Positions 13,132 to 21,479 of a stretch of DNA of 64,000 nt are shown piece after piece. The notes beneath the pieces are model-generated. The model ran no database searches, was not told where the DNA came from, and was given only the letters and a program-made list of their open reading frames with translations. The stretch lies in contig OZ320320.1 of assembly GCA_976226885.1 (NCBI GenBank), positions 36,828,001-36,892,000 on the forward strand. The letters run 5' to 3'. Source of the DNA: Iphione sp. A-MEVVRFRX5 (Eukaryota). Each line of letters starts with the position of its first letter. The first letter of the stretch is position 1. A program made the translations under genes and the position numbers.

Positions 13132-16100
13132 GTAAGTAACTGCAGTTTACCTTACCCATATGGCAAAAAAACATTTTAATTTACTATATACAGCAATGTC
13201 ACAATTAGAATTACACTTTAGGCCATATTATGGTGTTGAGGCCATAACACGCTGTTGAAGTTTCCATTAGAGCAAATTGTCATGTGCAAAAATGAACTGA
13301 CGAGAAATGAGGACGACGTAAGTCAAAATGGAAGGATTCCTATTGTGTGCCTGCTGGCTGTACAAGGTTTGAAATCACGAAAAAATGGTACATGATCATT
13401 ATAAGACAATGGACGTTGACCACTATTTTTATATAAGTACACGCGTTACGGATGAGCCTTTTAGTAAGCACATCAACGTGCGCAAGTACGGGTATCTTCT
13501 TATACAGTCAAGGAGCGGAGATCTTAGCCAGCCCCATACCTCCCCCACTGCACAGTTTACGAGGGGTCGGCCCTAGACCTCCTTTGTGCCCGCAGCATGT
13601 TTCAACGTACGCGTCTTGCAGCTAAGTGATGCACATCTTCAAAGGAATTCGGTCGGCCCACGCCCCACACTCTAACCATACAACCCACCTGTGAAGTGCA
13701 GCCAGTAATGTCCATGCCTCAAACTTTTTTCTCGTGCTTCCTGCGGGCCTGCCTTCTAAGTACACGTGTCTGCCTCTCCCTGAACACTGTTTCTCTCAAT
13801 ATCTGTAAGTTGGTGGTACATGTAAATGGGTTCCTGGGTGATGACTGGGATAGTGCTGACTGCCTGTTTGGTAAGTAATGTCGAGATCAGGCGAGAAGTT
13901 GTCTTCTGTCTGTGAATTCTGGTCTTGAACCTACATACACATAGGAATGTATATAGAGGTATATTACATGCCATACCAATATAATTTGCACACGATAATA
14001 TAAAAAAAAGAATACACAGCAAGGCGGATAGTACGACTACAATTGTACAGTTTCGTCTCGAATAGTACAGATCCATGTAAATTGGCATATATTTGTAGTT
14101 GCCAATCCCTCCTTACATCCCAAACCACACTTTTACCACTTCCACGACCACCAAAATCATCACCACCATCATCTCCACTAGATCTACCACTGCCATCACG
14201 GCCACCTTCAACCATCATCATCACTTCCTCCATTAACCACCATCTTTCTCTCAGTAGTTATCGCCGATAGTAGTTATCTTATCAGCGCTGCAGACGGTGG
14301 CTCCCCCTTGCGCCGCGGGCCCGCATTAACCCGGCGTATCGGATCGCCCGCCATTAGCCGCGCTGATACATACGTCCGCTGCGGCTCACTAGAGACGCCT
14401 GGCGATGCCGCGCCGACCTAGCCGCCGCCTGGAGGGAGGGAAAGCTGAGCGGGGGTCGGAAGCGGCAGAGCATGGAGCAGGGAGTTCGGCGGGGGCAGGG
14501 GCTGTCGGAGCAGCCGCCCACTCATAGCTCGGGCAATGTTAGATCATTTTACCCCGGTAATGATACTCCGTCTCGTTTCTATGTGTACCTTACCAGGGTC
14601 CATTAGTCTACTTACCTGCGCGCCCACTTAGAGTCATCAGGGAACTAAAAAAAAACTCTCCCTCCCTCATATGGAATATGTCACCCGCCCACCTGCTCAC
14701 TAATGGCCACCGATCCCCCGCTATCAGCTGCCCCCCCCCCCCCATCAAGCCTGGAGCAGAGCTGGGGAACTCGGCCGGCAGTGCCAAAGGCCATGAGTGC
14801 AATACGGTGCCGGCTGAGGTCCCTGAGTAGTATAGGGGAACAGATGCTTGTAACAGGCTTCTGCTGGAGCAGCCTGGTGCCCGTCTGACGGCGCTGCTTA
14901 CATATCCATCTCCTGAAGAGACGCTCTGTTAGAGCGAAGCAAGTATCAGTGCGTTGGTTACATAAATACGTATGATTGACGCAAATGTCCGTGCGTTTGC
15001 ACACTACAATATTGGCTAGATAGTTGATATTTGTATTGTTTTTCCTGTGTTCTCTGAGTAGGACGAGAGCTCGATTTCAGTACATGTGTATCTGACTGAC
15101 GCTGCTAATGACAAGGTTAATATGTTGGTCTTGGTGCGTTTGCTCTTACTGGCCATTTCAGTGATGTCGGATCTATTACATGATGGCTGTGGAGTGGGCA
15201 GGTGATCAGACCATCTACATAATGTACATAGGAAGTAACGGTAGCCAATCAAGTGTAGAGGTCACCTCCAAGGCAGGCCTTGAGCTTTATTCAATGTCTT
15301 ATCATCGTCTTTACCTTTGAACATCCTAAGGGGCCGAAAAACATAAATACCTAAAGCATTAGTTTCAGGATGGGTAAGATAGAGGATATAGAACATTATA
15401 TTGGATAGGATGACTACTACTGAAAAAATAATTAATTGGACTATTTGTACATATATCAGATGAATTAACCCAAGGACAGGACAAGGGAGGAGAATATACA
15501 AACTATGCGAAAATTAAGGAGAAAGGTAACTTGCAGACAGAGGAAGCGTGTGCCTAGAAGCATGATACGTTATGATTTAAATCAGAGAAAGCAGCGTATA
15601 TATGTTCAGTAGGAAGATACTTGGGGTACCATGGTAACATTTATGTGTGTGCTGTGTACATCGTCAGTGCGTACACGATTTGCCCATCAGTAGGTATCGA
15701 TTCTCTCCCATTTACACATCTACTCCTTAGATCCATCTCACTGACCATTGCACTGACCACAGCACAAGAGCAATATTACAAAGATTATTAGCCTCCTTTC
15801 TCTGTCTCCTCTTCCAAATGAAATATTTGCTCAAGGTCTGGGGCAGGATGTGTGTTGAGGTGATGAAGTTGGCGAGGTAGGGAGGGGGGGAGAGGCCATC
15901 AATACACACACCTTCTTGTTATCTCACTCCTTCTCCTTCAACGCCTCCCATTGATCTGATAATGATCGTCAGGCGGTAGATCACGGTGCCAACTGCCAAG
16001 TGCGCAGTGCCAGGAACACAGAGGAGGCCGAATGGAGGCCGTGACCTGTCGCACCTGGCGGCGAGTAGGGAAAGTAGAGGCCCGGGGACGCGCGCTCGAC

Positions 16101-16187
16101 ACGCCGGCACAAACATAGGTGATTAGAGTGACCTTGTTGGCATGGAGACGTCACCTGTGGGAAGAACACGGGATGCCAGGTGAGGTC

Positions 16188-16193
16188 GGCGAT
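16188..16193 (+). repeat. Left target-site duplication GGCGAT
   Basis: Immediately left of the poly(T); identical hexamer at 21474-21479. Confidence 0.7.
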
Positions 16194-16428
16194 TTTTTTT
16201 TTTTTTTTTTTTTCAAATTTTATTTATCCTGGCAATCCAAATGGTGCCAGCGTATGCTACTACAATAATTGCTGAAGAGGTTTCTATGTACAACAAATTC
16301 AGTTATGTACAGTAATTCACAAAATTATATACATATATACAGGGATGAGTGTAATGAAAACGCTACAAAACCAGTTTATAAGTAAGAAATTCAGTTTGTA
16401 AATGCTTAGGACTAAAGAACAAATTTGT

Positions 16429-19293
16429 TTACGCAACTCTCCAGTTATTAGAAGTGAGTCTGTTAAACAGTAGTTGTTTCATTCTTGTCTTGAACTTTAA
16501 TTTCCCTAGTGTCTTTATTTCTCTGTCTAGGGAATTCCAAAGGCTTGTTGCAAAATAGGTAGGGTTGTTTCTGTATAATGTTAACCTAGGTTTTTTACAT
16601 GGAACACATGGGTTACGCCTATTTGTAGACAATAACAATGATGAGTACTGATCATGGAGTAGACCGTGATGGGAACAAAGAGAATAGTAATTACTTCGAT
16701 ATTCAAATGGGAGAATCTGGTTTTTTCGCATAATGTCTGTTATACAGTCCTTATAATTTCGAGTGGTAATTCGGATTGCTTTCACCAATTGTTTTTCTAG
16801 ATTTTTAAAATGCCTAGATTTGTAACAGTGGACACTACCTAGACAGGAATCCAAATTTGGAATAAAATACGATTTTAGGACAAGCATGGCAGTTTTTTCA
16901 TTTGACATTGATCTTACATGCCTTAGTAGATGTAGGAGTCTATATGATTTTCTTATTTTCGCGGACAACTCTTCATCAAAGTTCAGTGATCTGTCTAGAG
17001 TCACACCAAGGTACTTGAAGGAACTTACTTGATTAATCTCCTTTCCATTTAACGTTATCTGTAATTTCGTGTCCTTCTTTACATTTCTCGATGTTGCAAA
17101 GAGCATTACCTCAGTCTTTTTCTCATTTATGCAAATACCATTTGAACAGCACCATTCATTCAGCGAATTTATATCAGCATTCAGCACGTTTTCAATTATT
17201 TCTGGATTTCTATGGCGGAATAGCAAGACAGTATCGTCGGCATAAAGGACACAGTGACATTTACTAACTACAGAGATGCTATCATTGATGAAGATACTAA
17301 ATAATGTCGGCCCCAAGATACTTCCTTGGGGCACTCCGACGTTCACATCAATTGGGTCAGAGTAAGTGTTATCTATTTTAGTTCTAATTTGTCTATTTGA
17401 TAAATAGCTTGCAATCCATGAAGTAGCATTGCCGAAACGAAGTTTAGTCAGCTTCTTCAGCAGCACTGGATGTTGAAGGCTGTCGAACGCTTTTCTGAAG
17501 TCGACGAATAGGGCTCCTACTAGTTCACCGTCGTTGAAGGCATCATAAACATAGTTAAGCACATCATTGATTGCATGCATCGTGGAGCGCTCAGCTCTAA
17601 ACCCATATTGGCTGTCATTTAGTATATCATTTCGGGATAGATGTGAAAGTATCTGAGTTTGTACTATTTTTTCAAGAATTTTGCTGCCCATTGGTAGGAC
17701 ACTGATGGGGCGGTATGAATTTGTATCACTGCGGCTACCTTTGCCTTTATATAGGGGTGTGATTTCTGCCTTTTTCCAACATGGAGGTACAGTTCCAGAG
17801 GTTATTGAGTTATTGGCTACGTGACATAACTGCCTGCAGAGAGTAGTGAGACAAGATTTTAGGATTCTACTTGTACAATTTCTTATGCCACTCGGTTTGT
17901 TGTCTTTCTGTAGTTTGATTAATTTCAAAACAAAATGTTCCGAAACGGGTTCTAGTTTAAGCTCACTGTCAGGTGTTTTCACTCCCTGTAGTACCAGTCG
18001 GCAGTCTAAATTATACTTGCAGTGCCCAACAGAACTGAAGTGCTGATTGAACCTATTTGCAGTTTCAGAGACAGTTAGTTGCCTGGTACCCTCTGTTAAT
18101 AATGGGGTATTTCTATTGTTCTCTGTGTTTATAATACTCTTGACAATACTCCAGTATCTCTTCGGGTTAGAACTGTTGTCATATAGCAGTTTGGAATAGT
18201 GCAATCGTCTGTCTCGTTTTAACTCCGTTGAAACCTTCTCTCGTAAGGAGTTTGCCCGATGGAAAATAGATTTGCTCTTTAGCCTTATTGCTGACCGAAA
18301 CATTGTGTTCTTTTCTAAAATTAGTCTACGTGTGTTGTTACTTATCCAGGAGGCATTGTTAGTACTCTTCTGATTCGATTGCTTTAGAGGACTTATCTCA
18401 TCTATTCTAGCGCAGATAAATGAATATAACAGCGAATGACAGTATACAGGGTCTCTGTTATAGTAGAAGTGAGACCAGTCATGATTTACTGCAGTCGATT
18501 CAAAGCTGTTGATGTGGTCTGTTTTCCATATACGATATGGGCGATTTGTATTGGGTTTGGAAAACTTAGCCATTTCTAACTCAATGCATATGGCATAATG
18601 ATCACTTAAGTAAGTTTTAAGAATGGAATTTCTGAATTTACACCTATGCGTCAGCAAAGCTAGATCAATGCACGTACTCGAATGTAGGGAGCATCTTGTT
18701 GGTGCATGAAATGGTTGCGTTAAATTTAGATTTCTGCAGAAATGTACTAGATCACGTGAATGGTTACATGCTTTGTTTAAGACGTCGATATTAAAATCAC
18801 CAAGCACTACGATGTCACTTAGGGATGGATCAACTTCTTCGACTATTTTGTCCAGGGTGTCTAAACAAGTAAGTACGTTACCCTTTGGTGGACGATATAA
18901 GCCTGCTAGGAATATTTCGTTTTTTGCAGACAGTTTAACCTTAAACCATAATAGCTCCAGGTCGACGCTGCAACGGTTGTATTTATGACACCCACTAGCA
19001 TCGACAATGATATTCGCTTTCACATAGCATATAATACCTCCACCCATGGCATATGTTCTATCTTGTCTGAAGATCTGATAGTCAGGGATAGATATGCAAT
19101 TATTGTCTATCTCAGGAATAAGCCAAGTTTCAGTAATTATTAGAATATCTACTTTTCTATTGATAAGGAAAGCGATTAATTCTGGTATCTTATTCTTCAG
19201 ACTGCGAATGTTCAGATGTACAATATTGAGAGATTGCGCACTTGTATTTTTTACGCTAGCCATTTGGTACGGCATTATGTAGCCGGTTTTCAT
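16429..19293 (-). CDS. Retrotransposon ORF2, APE endonuclease plus reverse transcriptase, 954 aa, uninterrupted
   Basis: Endonuclease motifs LNIRSL, ITETWL, YRPP, GDFNID, CIDL, SDH. RT motifs YRPISVLP, QYGFR, DFRKAFD, GVPQGSILGP, YADD, YLGVTLD. No RNase H or CCHC visible. Confidence 0.97.
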   Translation of the reverse strand: MKTGYIMPYQMASVKNTSAQSLNIVHLNIRSLKNKIPELIAFLINRKVDILIITETWLIPEIDNNCISIPDYQIFRQDRTYAMGGGIICYVKANIIVDASGCHKYNRCSVDLELLWFKVKLSAKNEIFLAGLYRPPKGNVLTCLDTLDKIVEEVDPSLSDIVVLGDFNIDVLNKACNHSRDLVHFCRNLNLTQPFHAPTRCSLHSSTCIDLALLTHRCKFRNSILKTYLSDHYAICIELEMAKFSKPNTNRPYRIWKTDHINSFESTAVNHDWSHFYYNRDPVYCHSLLYSFICARIDEISPLKQSNQKSTNNASWISNNTRRLILEKNTMFRSAIRLKSKSIFHRANSLREKVSTELKRDRRLHYSKLLYDNSSNPKRYWSIVKSIINTENNRNTPLLTEGTRQLTVSETANRFNQHFSSVGHCKYNLDCRLVLQGVKTPDSELKLEPVSEHFVLKLIKLQKDNKPSGIRNCTSRILKSCLTTLCRQLCHVANNSITSGTVPPCWKKAEITPLYKGKGSRSDTNSYRPISVLPMGSKILEKIVQTQILSHLSRNDILNDSQYGFRAERSTMHAINDVLNYVYDAFNDGELVGALFVDFRKAFDSLQHPVLLKKLTKLRFGNATSWIASYLSNRQIRTKIDNTYSDPIDVNVGVPQGSILGPTLFSIFINDSISVVSKCHCVLYADDTVLLFRHRNPEIIENVLNADINSLNEWCCSNGICINEKKTEVMLFATSRNVKKDTKLQITLNGKEINQVSSFKYLGVTLDRSLNFDEELSAKIRKSYRLLHLLRHVRSMSNEKTAMLVLKSYFIPNLDSCLGSVHCYKSRHFKNLEKQLVKAIRITTRNYKDCITDIMRKNQILPFEYRSNYYSLCSHHGLLHDQYSSLLLSTNRRNPCVPCKKPRLTLYRNNPTYFATSLWNSLDREIKTLGKLKFKTRMKQLLFNRLTSNNWRVA

Positions 19294-19795
19294 AATATTG
19301 ATTAAATTCTGCGTAACTATTGTGAGAATAATGAGTTATGAGTATATACAAACATAATATGATCACATAGGTAGTACGGACGATCATGCTAGAATAAATC
19401 ATATGATTGCCTGATCGAAATGGCATTTGTCGGTTTGAGGGAGTGGTTATTTAGAAAATGCAAGATAGCGCGTATGATGTAATTTCAGTGAGAAAATTAT
19501 TAAGAGGAAATATAAATATGAAAGGGGCCAGAAAATTCAAAGGATTGCGTTGTAATCCTGAACACTTTTTTGTGGAAGCTGAGTATAAGGTTATTTATCT
19601 GTGAAGCGACTTTGGACTGTGGTCTTATTTAAGACCAGACAGCAAGATAAATCAAAAGACTGACGGAATGGTTTATTATTTGAGTATGCCGACATAGATC
19701 GTAACAAGCCCTGAAGCTCACCATGGTACGGTTCATAGCTCCTTACAGCCACTAAGAAGTGGAAATCTGTTGCACAATTTCAATCACAATTACAA

Positions 19796-20473
19796 TTAGA
19801 AAGACAATTTGTTTAGAAATTTCTTCATTACCGCTACCATTTCCGTCCTGCCTTCCGGGCCCAGGTGACAGCCATCATGTAGTTTGTTCAGCTTGTTGGT
19901 GTCACGGCGGTTGGCTCTGCTGTGGATGATTCCTCCTATCATTGGCGTTGGCAGCCCTCGTTTTCGGTTGAATCCACGTATGAGGCCATTCACCATGTGA
20001 GCCGCACGATTCAATTCTCTCTGTGCCGGATGGAAGTGCCCGTCTGCAAAATACGCTCCAGAAAGCTTTGCATTATACTTTTCAATGTGTGGACAGATAA
20101 CCGTAGAGAAAATAACGAATACATTCGGCAAAGCCTTGCGAATCTTTGACAATGACAGTTCTAGTAGTAAGGAGAACCTATGCTGAATAGTTAGCGGATC
20201 TTCGTCTGGGAGATAGATCTGCTTGCATACACGGCCACTCTCAAGAACAGTGTTTCGACGAACAGCAGTAATGTTAGTTGTACCTCCGACTATAATGACG
20301 TATAGTGGCGGTGTGTCAAAGGTAAAATTCAGAATTATGTCAGTTAGTTCAGAGATACCCTTGCCTGGATAGACATGTACCCGTACAAAGTAGTTGTCTC
20401 TCTGTAACTGGGCTTCAAGTCCACCACCATGCGAGTCGGTGAATACATGTACTAAGTCCCAGTTCGATTGCAT
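19796..20473 (-). CDS. SGNH/GDSL-type esterase ORF of the retrotransposon, 225 aa
   Basis: Four SGNH blocks in order: VFTDSHG (nucleophile Ser), YPGKG, IVGGTTN, DGCHL (Asp/His). SGNH esterases are known in CR1/L2 ORF1 proteins. Confidence 0.8.
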   Translation of the reverse strand: MQSNWDLVHVFTDSHGGGLEAQLQRDNYFVRVHVYPGKGISELTDIILNFTFDTPPLYVIIVGGTTNITAVRRNTVLESGRVCKQIYLPDEDPLTIQHRFSLLLELSLSKIRKALPNVFVIFSTVICPHIEKYNAKLSGAYFADGHFHPAQRELNRAAHMVNGLIRGFNRKRGLPTPMIGGIIHSRANRRDTNKLNKLHDGCHLGPEGRTEMVAVMKKFLNKLSF

Positions 20474-20487
20474 GTTCGGGGTCCTTC

Positions 20488-21471
20488 TTACACCGTCAGA
20501 GGACGTCTGAGCCTAGCGCGTACTGACATGAGAATGTTACCCAAGTAGTTCTGGCCCGGATAGTGCCCACGCTCCAGGTCAAGGTTCTTTAGCGTTACCC
20601 CTGCCCCCCAGGCTGGGTCTAGTGACGCCTCGACCAGTCCTTTTTCCCCCGTCTCCAACAGCTTGCGCTTCAGATCTGGTATCTGGCTGAATTTGGCAAG
20701 AACAATCGACGATACGTGGGCATACACCTGTTCTATTGTTAGGGAATTAAGCAATGGCTTTACTTTTCTGTGGATTAGCATTGGGTCCTGCGTTTGGAGG
20801 ATTTCCCGAAATAGGCTATGATTCCCTTGTCTCAGTGCTATTGACGCACCAGCTGCTTGGTCAATGGTTTGATAAATTACACCTTCAAATTCAAACTGTC
20901 TGATGTAATTATTTGAGAAAGCATGATTTTTTCCAAAGAAAGCGATTGTATTTTCATTATTTTTCTCAGAAGCCTTTTCAAGGCTGAGACCTGGTGGGAG
21001 GCGATGCAAGGTTTGTTTCGTGTAAGGTACACCCGCTACCACTACTTTACTCCCCTCCAATTTGGTTTGGTAGTTTAATGACTTCGCAAGGTGGAAAATA
21101 CTTCTCAGGTCACTCCGATTAGCACGATCCGTCTGAGGCAGATCCTCGTTCACCCACACACCATGAAGAGTCTTTAAATTTGCCCTTCCCTGGAGTATTT
21201 TCGTTTTAGTATGGGATTTGGCAAACTTGATTTTCACGTCCCGAGTCTTACTCTCAGATTTCATACCTAGCCTATAACATGAGTCAATGTCTGTTGTCTC
21301 AAAAGTATTGTCTGCCTTTTTGAAAACAGTAGTTACCTTATCGCATAGCTTCTTGTGAGTTTCCCCACTCTCTTCCGCGAGACCCGTGACTATTAGGTTG
21401 TTCGCCTTACTTTCTCTCTGTAATTTCACAACTTCCTCCTGAAGAGAGTGTACTTGATTGTTGATTGTTGA
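20488..21471 (-). CDS. Retrotransposon ORF1, 5'-truncated: coiled-coil end + L1-type RRM/CTD + C-terminal NADAR (YbiA-like) domain
   Basis: LQRESKANNLIVTGLAEE, IDSCYRLG, RDVKIKF and VWVNEDL are L1/Transposase_22-type ORF1 motifs. FFG..FSN, AKFSQ..LKRKLLETG..LVEASLDPAWGAG and GQNYLGNILMSVR are NADAR motifs. There is no ATG: the track start is GTG and the frame runs to the truncation point. Confidence 0.85.
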   Translation of the reverse strand, partial: STINNQVHSLQEEVVKLQRESKANNLIVTGLAEESGETHKKLCDKVTTVFKKADNTFETTDIDSCYRLGMKSESKTRDVKIKFAKSHTKTKILQGRANLKTLHGVWVNEDLPQTDRANRSDLRSIFHLAKSLNYQTKLEGSKVVVAGVPYTKQTLHRLPPGLSLEKASEKNNENTIAFFGKNHAFSNNYIRQFEFEGVIYQTIDQAAGASIALRQGNHSLFREILQTQDPMLIHRKVKPLLNSLTIEQVYAHVSSIVLAKFSQIPDLKRKLLETGEKGLVEASLDPAWGAGVTLKNLDLERGHYPGQNYLGNILMSVRARLRRPLTV

Positions 21472-21473
21472 TT

Positions 21474-21479
21474 GGCGAT
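21474..21479 (+). repeat. Right target-site duplication GGCGAT
   Basis: Located where ORF1-like sequence ends; identical to 16188-16193. Confidence 0.7.

Larger units (their letters stand above)
16194..21473 (-). mobile_element. 5'-truncated three-ORF non-LTR retrotransposon (CR1/L2 group) with poly(A) tail and 6-bp TSD
   Basis: T21 run at 16193-16213 (poly(A) on the minus strand) preceded by AATAAA (16219-16224). Carries an APE-RT ORF2, an SGNH ORF and an RRM/CTD-NADAR ORF1. GGCGAT flanks both ends (16188-16193 and 21474-21479). Confidence 0.93.
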
